Below, in pieces: positions 38,697-51,899 of a stretch of 64,000 nucleotides of DNA. Both the position numbers and the translations under genes were made by a program. Position 1 is the first letter of the stretch, and the number at the start of each line of letters is the position of its first letter. A model generated the notes under the pieces. The model had not been told where the DNA came from, ran no database searches, and saw nothing but the letters and a program-made list of their open reading frames with translations. The stretch is taken from contig JAUCBJ010008367.1 in the NCBI GenBank assembly GCA_032718475.1, forward strand, positions 1 to 64,000, in the 5' to 3' direction. This stretch comes from Nemertoderma westbladi. Lineage: Eukaryota > Animalia > Xenacoelomorpha.

Positions 38697-39859
38697 TGTA
38701 AAGGCTTTTGCGGAATTAGCCGGTTATTTTCCCCGTAAAGTACTCTGTAGTTGGTTTAACAGGCATAAAAGGCCGTGTCCTTACTGTACTGGTGTTTTAG
38801 AGGACATAAAAGCCATTTCTTCTGTATGTGTACTTTAGCGGACATAATTAGCAATTCTATGACGCAATACGCCAGATCCTCTTGAAACAGTGTAGCTACC
38901 ATGACGACGGCTAACAGCTGATGCTGTACACGTGGAGCTTTTTCTTTGTTCTCTGTTCCTTCTTTGTTCGGTCGACCAATCAGAGCGTTTTTTGCCTCTG
39001 TGTTGGAGATTGTATACGGAAACTCGTGGAGTTGAGTCAGTATGTGATTTTGTCCACAGCCAAGAACACCGGCTTTGGAACCTCCGTGTTTCAGTCTTTA
39101 GCCCAACATTAGTAGGCTTAATTATAGAACGTATATCTGTTATCTACCAAATCATAACATACATATCATAACTCATATCAACACCTTAAACTTTGTACTG
39201 CTATTTACTGTCGGTTATTCATTATATTTGTTGATGGAATATTATATTTGGAATACTGATAAATAATCAGACACCCCAATCTTCTTGATATACTAAAGGT
39301 TAGAGAGACCGGTTACATATAACGATTGCGACTTACATTAAGTGGTTTGAAGTGAATCTAATGCTATTTTATAGGCCCTACATGTATTGTCTGTTGTTCT
39401 CTTTATATGTGACTAAAATTAGTGAAGGTCGGCAGATCAGTGTGCAGCATTGTGCAGTATTGTGTATGATTGTGACTGATAACAAAGCATCTCCTAAAGA
39501 ATGCGCCATATACGTGAATCTATAGCCATCCCGTTGTGTCTAGTTTAAGTCATAACTCTGTTTACATATTTAGAGCGCCACGTCCTAAAGGAACTGTTAA
39601 TATTTCCCGAAAGTGAATAATATTTGTCAGAGATTATATATATTACGATCAGTCGAATAATACAGTAGGCCTACCCCGCAATACGGTTAGGCTTCCGAAT
39701 CCAGTCTCCCGGGTATATCCAGCGGGTGAATGATCGCGCATAGACTGGCTTCGGCTAATGTAGTGTATCAAATACTTGTCATAGGCTAAAGACGATCTAT
39801 TATCTAGAAGACATCCCAATTTGGCAGGTTAAACTGCTAAAGGTCTGAAAGCGCGAACA
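38697..39859 (+). repeat. 5' LTR of BEL copy B (1163 bp)
   Basis: TGTAAAGGC...GCGCGAACA; near-identical to 56233-57412 apart from one short segment. Confidence 0.96.
39132..39143 (+). promoter_or_regulatory. Putative self-primer / transcript 5' end (TATATCTGTTAT)
   Basis: Exact reverse complement of 39860-39871; homologous site in all four LTRs. Confidence 0.6.
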
Positions 39860-39871
39860 ATAACAGATATA
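39860..39871 (+). promoter_or_regulatory. Non-tRNA primer-binding site (ATAACAGATATA)
   Basis: Abuts the LTR terminal CA, has no TGG, and pairs with 39132-39143. Confidence 0.65.
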
Positions 39872-40138
39872 GCTTCTGTATTGCAGTAGGCAATAAAGCT
39901 GAAGTACCGGACAACCGGTACCTAGTAGGCCTGACTACCTAACCACCCGGACCGGTACCTACAGCAGTACAGGTACAGCAGTATTATTCGATTTTGATAA
40001 TTATATACCGGTAGGCCTTAATAATTAATCAGGGACTGCAGCCCTGGTTTTTTATTGAGATTTTACTTATTTCTGTCAGTTTTATTTACTTGTAGGTTAA
40101 TATTGAGCAGAAGACGTGTAAGCCTGCCCAGATTGTAC

Positions 40139-40718
40139 AGATAATTTGTAGGCTGGACTGTTGTCTGACTGTTGTTAAGTCTGAAGGGACTGTAGTGTGT
40201 GTAGAGCGTATGTCCGAAAAAGTACTAGTTAGGAAAGTAGGGGCTGCCAGTGCTGTGAGGTGAACCCCCTCGAAAGAATAAGTCGTACTACTCGGTTAGA
40301 ACGCATACTAACTAACCATTTCGGAGTCTGCATATACTGTAGTTTATTTAGGCTTGATAGTAGTCTGCCAGCGTTTGGTCTGTACTTTGTTTGTGTAGTC
40401 TGTACGGGTAGCGTAATATTTCTTATTTAGATAATTTGTAGGCTGGATTGTTGTCTGGCTGTTGTTAGGTCTTGAGAGATTTCGGTGTGTGTAGAGTGTA
40501 TGTCCGATAAAGTGCCAGTTGGGAACGTAGGGGCTTCCAGAGCTGTGAGGTAAACCCCCTCGAAAGAATAAGTCGTACTACTGGGTTAGAACGCATACTA
40601 ACTAACCATTTCGGAGTCTGCATATACCGTAGTTTGTTTAGGCTTGATAGTAGTCTGTCAGTATTTGGTCTGCATTTTGTTTGAGTAGTCTGTACGCGTA
40701 GCGTAATATTTATTATTC
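40139..40718 (+). repeat. 290-bp tandem duplication in the BEL leader (single copy in C)
   Basis: AGATAATTTGTAGGCTGGA... starts at 40139 and again at 40429. Confidence 0.9.
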
Positions 40719-42166
40719 AGAGTTTATGCGATTATTCGCAACATTCATATCCCCAAGTTTATTCCTACAGTAATTGTGCTTGTTATATATACCGTTATAG
40801 TTAAACTAACCCCGGTACTACATCAGGGCTGCTTGGCGTAGGTAAAGACTGGTGATTTTGTGCCCCGGTCACTCCAGCAGATACCGTGGTTCTTTTAGCT
40901 GTTCAAGTATTTTTAACTACTGATTATTTGTTGTATAAGTACTTGTACCTAATTTAGGGTTTAGTGTACAGTGCTTTCCGAAGGTAATTAGTGTGTAGGC
41001 AGTATATTTGTGTTGTAAAGTGGTTAATAGGCACGTTGGTTCTGGTAGACCGCGGTAATTAACTTCTAGGTAGGAACACTCCGTGATACATAACGTAGTA
41101 CTTATAGCGCCACGGCTATAAGTCGTCAGACGGTGGTATTTTTCTATCTGGACAACGCAGTATATTTACTACTACTTATTATTTTCAAATACCGTAGTAA
41201 CCTGTCCGTTGTAATAACCAGATATTCTAACCCTTTGTTAGGCTGGTTAGTAGACTTCTTGTAAAATTACCCTAAAAATTCGTACTTGTAATTTTTGTGT
41301 TTATTTAGAGATTGTAATCTCACCCAGAATTGTACGTAATTTGTAGTATTAAGTAACTTAGGTAAATTAGAATTATTTGTTTTAGTGTCCAACAAGTAAC
41401 ACTTCACTGAGAGCGCACAGCTTCTGTGTAGTGACTCCCCCCAGAAATAATAACATTTATTTCAAATATTGACAAAACCCATTTTAACGGGTATATATAT
41501 TATAAATCAACTCAAACGATTTATAAATAGTAGGCCTGCCATACATCAATTAGGTCTAAATATCAGTTGGACTACTGCTCAAATAACGGTAATAAAGTAA
41601 GTAAAGTAACCAAGTAACCCCTAAAAATTCAGAAATTCAATTATTTAAAATAATTGACATACCGGTATTTACCATAGGCTTATTATATTTATTTCTATAA
41701 ATTTTAGGCTGAAATTATACCGGTATTCTGTAATTAATTCTAGTCTGTAATTATACTTATATATATACATTATAAGTGTAAGCTGTATACCGGTATTCAC
41801 GATAGGCCTATTATATATTTAAAAATTTAGGCTGAAATTATACCGGTATTCTGTAATTAATTCTAGTTAATAATTATACTTATATATACTATAGGTGTAA
41901 GCTGCATACCGGTATTCACGATAGGCCTATTATATATTTATATATACTTGTGCTGAAATTACATACCGGTATTCTGTGACAAATCTAGTCTGTGACAATA
42001 CTTATATATATACTATAAGCATACCGGTATTCTAATATATTATATATATATTACGCTACACTGAGTAGCAGTATCGGTAATTAATTACTAGGCTAACGGT
42101 GATACTGAATTACTAGACTTGCTTAAACTGTAATATAGCAGTAGGCATTCAACTGTACAAACCAAC

Positions 42167-45100
42167 ATGTCTGACACAAAGCAAAACCTGTCAGACAGTC
42201 TCCTAGATACAACCATATGTGACCCAGACAGGAGTGTGGAACGTGTAGGACCGAAGTTCAACTCACCTCCTACTGTAAGAAAGATCATCCCTCCCGTAGT
42301 AATATCAGACCCTAGGCTAGTCCAACATCGTAGGTCTATCATAGGCACTCGAGCTCAGGTCAAGCGGGACCAAGAAGCAGCGGAACAGCAACAACCCGCG
42401 AGCCAAGAACTTATTTCTCAACGGCCCGACAGCTCCAGTAGTGAGGATACTGTAGAGCTGACACCCGAGCACGGAGCAAAGATGACAGATGCGGTTTATT
42501 CGGATCCCCTTCTCATCCTTCCTGCAGCCGTACTCACTAGGTTATTGATTGCGGTGGAAGAACACCAGATCGATTGGGCGAGAAATAAGCGATCGACTAA
42601 AGATAGTTATGCGGGATACACAAGGGAAGAACTGAAGTCTATTGTCGAGTCGCAATGGAACTTCCCCGGACCCGGACTCCCGTTTGATTTATCAGAAGCT
42701 GCCTGGGAAGACATGCACAGGATGGGAGTAACCAAGGAAATCATCGATCCAGCTGTGTGGAAGAGGTCCGCAGCCGGATACGTACAGGGATTCTTCAGCT
42801 CCATGGAGCGATTAGAAGAACAACTGTTTCAACAACCCCAAGGACCTCAAGAGTAGGGACAGCTGCTTTATCAAGTTAGAGAAAGAATTCTACGAATCAG
42901 GCTAATCTTATCGGCCTTTGAGGAGGCTTCTAAAAGAAGACAAGACACGTCGTTGCAAGTTGCCGTAAAGACTTGGTTTCAACGGGTGAGTCTCCAGGTT
43001 CAAGGAACGGCTCAGTGGAAAGCCCAGCTGGATGAGCGCTCAACCCATGGAGAATCAACAGACGCTACTTTTTCCCAAGTGGAAAGTGAAGCGACGGCAG
43101 AGAAACCGCATAAGAGGGATGCCATTGAAATCTATCTGTCAGACTATCAACGCTTTTTAGGTGATGAAGAGTTGAGGAGAAGGCTAGATGGACTTAGCCC
43201 TAATAGTGAAGGAACCAAGCTTGTGTTGGACGCAATCGATGTGGATATGAGAGCTGCGAACCAAGCTAGATTTGATGAACGCCTCCGCATCACTAGAGTC
43301 CAAGAAGAACAAGTGAAGAAAAAACGTATAGAAGACAGAAAGACAGCGGCAGTGGCAGCAGCAGTGGCAGCGGCAGAAGCAGAAAGAAAAGCGGCAGTGG
43401 CAGCGGCAGAGGCAGAGGCAGAAGCGGAAAGAAAAGTGGCAGCGGCAGCAGCCGAAGCGGAAAGAAAGGCGGCAGTGGCAGCGGCAGAGGCAGTAGCAGA
43501 AGCGCGGAGAGCTTCTGAAGAAACCACCCAATTAGAATTGGAAAACATTCAGGAGAATCAAGACTGCATAAATAAACAATTAACAGCTAGTAATATGCAG
43601 ATGATGAGTCGATCTACTCCCAAAAGACAGGGATATACATCATCTGAGGAAGGCGATACCACCGATACTGAAGGCGGAGGAAATAGATCTCGTCTAAGCA
43701 GACGTAGAAGAATGTCCCACCGTCAGAAATTGCCTGATTTGCCCCCAGCTGTTAGAAGGCAACTAACTAACACAAATTTAGGTAGTACAGAACCCACAGA
43801 CCAAATAATTAAAATAGAAAGACTCCCTACTATAATAGATGAGCCTGAAATAATTAGGCCTGTTCCCGAAGCCACCCCTTCGGTGGTAGAGACACCTGTA
43901 CTCCCTGAACCTACCTCTAAATTCCCTCTGCACAGCACTAAGCTATCTGTGCCCCACAGAACCACCCTTGAAAATGTTCATGTCCTGGACTCCGAGCGAA
44001 ATATTAATGATTTGTCGCCCGTTGTCCCTCGTCCGCCCGCTACAACGTTGGCGGCTCCCGCTTCGGCGGTCGAGTGGGTGGATGAGAGACGACGGGGGAT
44101 GGATCTTCTGCTCGGGCAAATGCAGGAGACTGTTCAGCAATTCAAGGGCACAGTAAGGGAAAGTAGGTTAGAGTTGCAAGAAGTGCAGCAAAGTATTGCG
44201 TTAGAACGCGATAAATTAGTAAATACACAAAGAGGTATACCACCACCCCCTGTAACAATGTGTCAACCTGTTAGGTCTGAAGTATCTCATGCGCAAGGTG
44301 TGGAGCCTACACGCATATATACTGCTAGCGAAGTAGAAACTCCTATAGTGAACCCTATTAAGGGTAATTATAGACCTGTTGATAATGATATTCCCTATAG
44401 ACCTGATCATAATCCGAGAAATTTATATACCGATAACTCGATATTAAATAACACGATGGCCCAAGAAAGTTTTACGCGTCAAATGGCTAGAACCGAAGCC
44501 CGTCAAGCGGTAAAGGTGGGAGAGATAGTCAAGTTCAATGGAGATGAGATGAAATGGTTACCTTTTAATGAATATTATAAAGATAACATACAGAACTCTG
44601 TACTATCTAATGGAGAGAAACTTAGATTCCTCATCGAGTGCTTGGAAGGATCTCCCAAGTTAATGGCGTTAAAGTTTATTGGACATCCAGACGGATTAAG
44701 ACAAGTTTGGGATACACTAAACATCAGGTATGGTAATAGGAATAACATACCTAAATATTTGTATGCAAAATTAGTAGCGCCCCGAAAGTTCATTAGCAGC
44801 GGGATAATAGAGTTTTCCGATGAGATTCAAGAGATCTGTAGACAATTAGATTGGTTAGGTAAGTCTCATGAATATCAGAGTTCTATGGTTATTGGAGCCG
44901 TGGCTTCTACTTTACCGAAGGGTGGAGTAGGTACACGCTGGGATAAGAAAGTGTTATATATGATGGAACAACAACGACGAGACCCTACCATGGCTGATCT
45001 TATGTCATTCTTAGATGGAGAAGTGAAATTACAGCTCCTAAAACAGTCCAGAGAGAAGACACCGGAAAACAAGGTAAGTGAGAAACCCGTTTCTAGGAGA

Positions 45101-48100
45101 AAGGTAACACCAGTGTGTTATACAGACGACGGCGAAAGCCAGACTTCTCAAGGAGAGGATAGCGGGAAAGACACTGAAAGATCTTATTATGTCAATAAAA
45201 TGCCTAAAGAACAGGTAAGTAAATTCAAGTCTCGAACCAATGACAGGAGAGAACAGGTAAGAAAAACTCCTCCTACGTCTCCTAAGAGAATTCAGGTGAG
45301 AAAGCCCGAAGAAAGAATGAGTGTGCACAATGTTATTCAAAATAAGGTAAGTAACATCAAACCGAAATGTGCGCTATGTGATGGGACCCACCGTTTGAAT
45401 ATGTGTGATGAATTCCTGAAGAAATCATTAACGGAGAGACGGGAAGTCATGTGGGATAAGCGGTTGTGTTATAATTGCCTCAGACAAGGACACCAACGGC
45501 GAACCTGTTACTCCGACACAAGGTGTGCAAAGTGCGGTGCGAAACATCATATCTTGTTGCACACTGAATTTGAGCGAAACAGCCAGAGTCAGGTAAGTGA
45601 TTCCGAACTACATGTCCAATTCAGTGATGTGAACGACACTGACCAAAGTTCTGAGATGGAAGGATTCTATACAGATGAATTCTCCGACGAAGATGAATCC
45701 TGTTACATGATAAATACCGCAGTGTATCGAGCACTTACGTATGAAAAAGACACAGACAGCGACCTCACCCTAACTACTTCTGATCGACAACCATCTTGGA
45801 AAGCGCCACCTTCCAATGTAGGAATCCGAGAATTTCCTGTAGTACAGGTAAGGGTCCACGGACCTAAAAGGAGTTATGTAGTGAACGCCCTCCTTGACTC
45901 CGGTAGTACAGGAACATTCATCGACAAAGAACTAGCCGAAGACATCTTTGCTGGACAACCCTGCCGAACTAAGCTAAACATGTCAGGAATTATGCAGGTT
46001 TGGAAATCTACAGTAATAGCGGATTATTATGTAGGTGCGTTGTCCACCCCCCAGGATGAACTAGGAGAACATAGTATAAGGTCAGTAAAAATGGTGGCGA
46101 TAAAGAACTTCGCTACCACCCAAGTGGAACCTTATAATTGGGATGAGGACGATTTCACCCAGCAGCTTGAAATACCTAGATTCAACACCGATTACCCTGG
46201 AGTGCAAATACTCATCGGTCAAAACGCGCATGAAGCGCTCGAGACATTGGAGAAACGGCCTGCTCAACCGCAACCACTACAAGCTTATGCGGGAAGAACT
46301 AGAGTGGGTTGGTACTTTACTGGCCCTTCCCGTAGAACTCTCATGGAAAGATTACCGAAAGACCAGGTATATCAAGTAAGAGAATGGGAAGTCGAGGGCA
46401 GTGAGTTAGACGATCCAACTGAGGGAACACCATACTCCTCAGATAATGACGATGTCCACCAACTTTTCGACGAGGAGAATACCATCGATCTCCTTAAGGA
46501 AAACGAGACTTGGCAAAACCAAGTGAACTTATGTCAGCTCCTTCTTCCATCAGAACGAGACGACTATAACGACGAGCTTAATGACGTCATTGAACGTTAT
46601 AATGCCAAGACTCGGGATGAACACGCCGTACGATTCTTTACTCAAGAGGCTGTAGAGCCCAATTCCTACGATAAGGCCCTATCGTTAGAGGAAGAAAGAG
46701 CCAAGCAGATCCAAGAGACAACTACACGTTTTCTTAAAGATCAAGGTAGATATGAGATCAGTCTACCTTTCCGAAAGCGAGAACCAAAGTTCGTAAACAA
46801 CAGACCCTTGGCGGAGAAAAGAATTGCTCAACTACATCGACGCCTTACGGCAAATTCTTCAGCTAAAGAAATGTATCAAACGCAGTTGAAGAAATTTATT
46901 AGCAAGGGATATGCGGAGCTAGTACCGGAAGAAACACCTATAACTGAGAGAACGTATTATTTAACTCACCATTACGTTCCCAAACCCGGTAAACCCCATG
47001 AGGTACGAGTGGTGTTTGACGGCTCCGCCCTCTATATGGGCCAATCCCTTAATTCCAAATTGTTACCCGGACCCAACTTACTCCAATCCTTGTTGGGAAT
47101 ACTCTTAAGATTAAGACAATATTCAATTGCTTTCGCCTCAGATATAGAAGGCATGTTCTTACAAGTCAAGGCGCTGGATAGGGATCGAGATAGCCAACGA
47201 TTTCTGTGGTGGCCTGAAGGAGACCTCAACCAGAAACCGGTGGAGTACTGGATGACCATCCAGGCTTTTGGGATAATCTCAAGCCCTTCAAACGCCTGTT
47301 CAGTGGTGCGCACCACTGCGGATGACAACCGAGACGCCTTCTCTAAAGAGGTGATTGACAACATCAAGCGGGATATATACATGGACGACAATCTAAAGTC
47401 CCTTCCATCAGTCGAAGAAGCCATCGATGTCGCTAAAGGAACGGTAGAGTGCTTAAAAAGAGGTGGATTTCGATTAACTAAATTCACCAGCAACTCCCGT
47501 GAGTTTCTGGAGTCGATCCCGGTAGAAGATCGAGGAGCGAAAGACCTGGATCTAATAAAAGATGATCTCCCAGAAACTAAGACCCTTGGTTTGAAATGGG
47601 ACACAGAAAGAGATATCCTGTTTTTCCAACTAAAACAGCGAGATAATCCAGTTCGGACTAAATGGATTTGTTTAAGTATCCTGAGCACTTATTTCGATCC
47701 ATTGGGATTTATTAGCCCAGTTATATTGATTGCTCGGAGTTTAGTACAACAAATGTGGCTTGAAAACCACTCATGGGACGATCCACTTAAGGGAGAATTA
47801 TTAAAGAAGTGGATGAAATGGGAAGATTCTCTACCAGCCATCGAGAACTTTATAATTTCCCGTTCATATTTTGGTCATGTTCTCCCTACGTATTCCTATC
47901 AACTCCATGTGTTTGGAGACGCCAGCGATATGGGAATAGGTATAGTAGCCTACCTAAGGGTGGAAACTCCGGACGGAATCAAAGTCGCCTTGGTTACCTC
48001 TAAGGCATTGATAAACAATAAGTTGAAAGTTCCTCGAGCGGAGTTAAAGGCGGCTCTATACGCTACAGCCATCGGCCGGAATGTAACAGAAAAGATCGAC

Positions 48101-50263
48101 TATCCACTGGAGAAAACTGTCTATTGGACCGACGCTTTACTCGTGTTGGAGTATATAACCAATGAAGTCTGTCAGTTCAGCGTCTTCGTTACCAACAGAG
48201 TAGCCATTATACTCAGTCATACAATGATGGATCAATGGAGACATTGCCCCGGAACGATTAATCCAGCAGACATCGCCTCCAGGGGAGCAACTCCACAAGA
48301 ACTGGTAGACACTCCAGACTGGTTAGGTGGACCCGACTTCCTCTACAAAGAAGAAGAAGAATGGCCTCCTCATCTTACTACCACAGAGATTAGACAGGCC
48401 AAGGGAGCAGAGAAAGTCAAACGTAAAACTCGGGCGAGTAAATCGAAGTTATTCAAACCTATGGTAGATCTGTCTGTACTACATACTTCCGGAGACGACG
48501 CTTTGGATCAGAAACCCACAGCCACAAATAAGCTTGTTGTGGAAATCCGTGAGAAGGATTGGAAATCTGGAATACCAGACGTCTCGCAAGGACTCTCACC
48601 TCTTCTGCAGAGAGCGATACATCACTACAGTTCCTGGAATCGGCTCTGTAAGGCCATTACATATTTAAAGAGATGTTTTCACCATCACTACTCCGGGATG
48701 AAGACCAAAGGTGATACCGCTCCAATAACATCAGTGCAGGTCCATGTTATTAAAGATCTTCCCAAATATAAGATACCCGACAGGTTTCTGAAGGAGAAGA
48801 TCAGTTATCAGGAACATGAAGAAACCAACAAGCAGATGCTGAGACTCCTGCAATGCTATGAGGATTCCGATAAGTATTTCCTGTTGTTGAGAAATCCGCA
48901 GATACGCTTAAGGGATCGTTTCTCTAGCACAATGATAGATGGGTTGATATGTGTTGGAGGAAGATTAACGAATGCTCCATTATCCTTTGACACTAAGTTT
49001 CCCATACTCATTAGAAATCTTGAGATACCAGTCAAGATGATTGTAGATGTTCACAGCAAACTTTATCATGCTGGTAGAGAACGAGTTCTTAGCGAAATTC
49101 GAACTCGCTATTATTTTTATAAACCCCGTAGAGCTCTGAACCAAGTTCTTAGGAACTGCATACCCTGTAGGAAAGCATTCAGTAGGCCTTTAACACAGCG
49201 AGAGGCAGAATTACCTAGGGAACGAGTAAGCTTCTATGAACCACCCTTTACTAATACCGGTGTAGATTTATTTGGCCCTATTGAAGTATATCGTGCTAGG
49301 ACTATAGTCAAGAGATGGTGTGTCATCTTTGTTTGTATGACTTGTAGAGCTATCCATCTCGATATGGTGAACGATTTATCTACCAACAGCTTTCTATTAA
49401 GCTTACGACGACAGATCGCTCGCTTTGGCACTAGTAACACGATGAGATCTGATAAGGGAACAAACTTCATTGGTGCCAATAATGAAATCAAAGCTTACGT
49501 CAAAGATTGGAACCAAAGACAGGTGGACGATCAGCTACGAGTAACAGCGTCTAGCTGGACCTTCAACGCCGCCGACGCCCCTTGGTGGGGAGGAAGTTGG
49601 GAGAGATTAATAAGAAGTGTGAAGACCGCATTTCACTTTATAGTGCCTTGCCGCGCGTATCTCACCGACGAACTTTTGCGGACGTTAATGGAGGAAATCG
49701 CCGCCTATCTCAATGAGAGACCGCTTATGCCAGTCTCATCGAGTCCCGATTCCCTGGAAGCGCTAACACCCGCGCACTTCCTACTGAAGAAACCTGTAGC
49801 CATGCTCCCACAATCGGAAATCACAGACGGAGACGAATACTGCCGGCAAACTTGGCAACTCATGCAGTTGTTATCCCGTCGTTTCGCTGACCATTTTGAA
49901 AAACATTATCTGCCCACGCTACAACTTCGAACTAAGTGGTTTGCGCAGCAAGAAAACGTCAGCGCTGGAGACATGGTTCTTATTGTGGATGTAGATCTTC
50001 CACGTAAGCGGTGGCAGACAGGTCGTATCATCGAGACTCACATCTCGGATGATGGTTTGGTGTGATCGGTAGAACTCGTCGTCATGCGACGTAACTTCAA
50101 GAAACCGGGAATTGTCTTCGAGACACAGCAGCTCAATCGCCCAGTTGGTCGCTTATGTTTACTGGAAAGAGACAGAGAACTCTCCGGAAACTATGGGAGG
50201 CAAGATACTCTTCCCACGACCACCTCCCTAATCCAACAAACATCTAGGGACTCCCCAACTTAA
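42167..50263 (+). pseudogene. BEL/Pao gag-pol, single frame of ~2698 aa with two in-frame nonsense codons
   Basis: TAG at 42854 (CAG in A and C) and TGA at 50063 (CGA in A). Motifs: gag KFNGDEMKW, CALCDGTH/CYNCLRQGH/CAKCGAKHH, LLDSGS, YMDD, HVFGDAS, GVDLFGP, SDKGTNF, GGSWERL. Confidence 0.94.
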
Positions 50264-51899
50264 CAACGGCTGGAGTGGGTGTATGACTATATTTTATATT
50301 TGTTTTTATTCTTTTATATTTATGTATGTATTATTATGTAATTTTATTATAATCGTTTTCTTTAATTTTATTTAGTAGATTGTTATTTTAGCGATTATTT
50401 AGTAGATTAGTGCAATATATATTCGCCGTTTATTACTTAATTACTTACATATTATATATTTAGTGCGACGGCGAGAAATAATCCTTTTCTCCTTCCTTAC
50501 TGTCCGTATTACCTTACAAATACGTAACTACAGTAAGATGAAATGTCCGTACTTATTAAAGTACAATAAAGCTCCTACTATATTTAAGTATTATTGGTAA
50601 GCAGAGTATTAGGAATGCAAAATTCAGATCCTCGTGTCTCGGCTAAACCAAGCTCTGGGTAGACCTTGGAAACAACTTGCCTCTTCTCACTGACATTGCT
50701 TCGTGCGATATTGCTCTCATACCGTATATTAAATAATACATATAGTAGCGTGATGTCCTTTTAACAGTAGCGTACAACGCAAAATAAATCTGTTAAACTC
50801 TTTGAGCATCTGTAATTCTAGTCGATTAAGATATCGCGGCACCCACCGATATACTTGAAAGACAAAATTTTAGAATCAGTGGTTAACGTCCCCAGACAAG
50901 TTCTGGAATAAACTGGTGCCCATCCTAAATATTAATTATTAATATTTACAAAATCTGTCAAATTTTAGATCCTTTAAAATTCTAGTCGATTAAGATATCG
51001 TAGCACTTACCGATACTCTTAAAAAGACAAAATTCCTAGAATCAAGCATCCCAGTCCCCAGACACGTTCTGGAATAAAATTACGTCTATTTAACATTAAA
51101 TAATAAAATTTACGGGAATAAATTTAAATTCATATATTTCAATGAATTTAATAAATTGTCATTTTTATACAATTTATAACATTCCCAAAATTCCATTAAT
51201 TAATAGATCATGGGAGCGGAGATTCACTCTATTAAGTGTATTTGTGTGCGAGAATCTCCAATATATAGTCAATAGCCGATAAAATTCATAAAATCACGTA
51301 TAGAGAGGATATTGACCATTAAAGAATTACTATTAAATAGCATCCCAGATCTGTATGCATGAGAATTACCCTAATTCTACCGCTAGCTTTCCATAATGTC
51401 ACCATGGCAACAACCACGCTAGAATTAGAAGTGAGTTAAAAGAACAATAGAAAGCTTGCCCCATTGAATAGCATAGGGAATAAATAGCGCACTGCTAGTA
51501 TCCAAGGATACATAATAAATAAAGTGACATTCTGGAAGGTACTGACTAATGGACAAATGGCCCGAATGTGTACAGTTTGTGGCAGTTGTGTTGAATTTGT
51601 GCGTTCATAGGTGAATGTTACTGCTAAAGTGTGTTTACAGTAGCTAGTCGCAATTGTGAAAGTAGCCCTAACTCTCCAGAAAGAACCTGAAGTACATCTA
51701 AGCCTTTGGGACGGACAGTGGAGTGACTTGTGCCGGTTATCGTTGTCGTTGTGTAGCTACATCGTTGGCGAAAGCACAGCGACGACGGTACATCGGCGCT
51801 GAGGATCTTGCACTGTCCGGGGGCAAAAGAGGGGTAGGCAGCGACGCCCGCTAGCCTAATATATAAACTCATTATAATATTGATAAACTCATAGCAGAT

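Noticed and set aside
42854-42856. Programmed stop readthrough in gag (also TGA at 50063 and 54439)
   Set aside because: Sibling copies have CAG or CGA at the first two sites, so these are C>T mutations; the third is probably the same but has no sibling here to compare
51624-51872. 82-aa antisense ORF in the BEL spacer
   Set aside because: Frameshifted in copy A and has no recognisable motif
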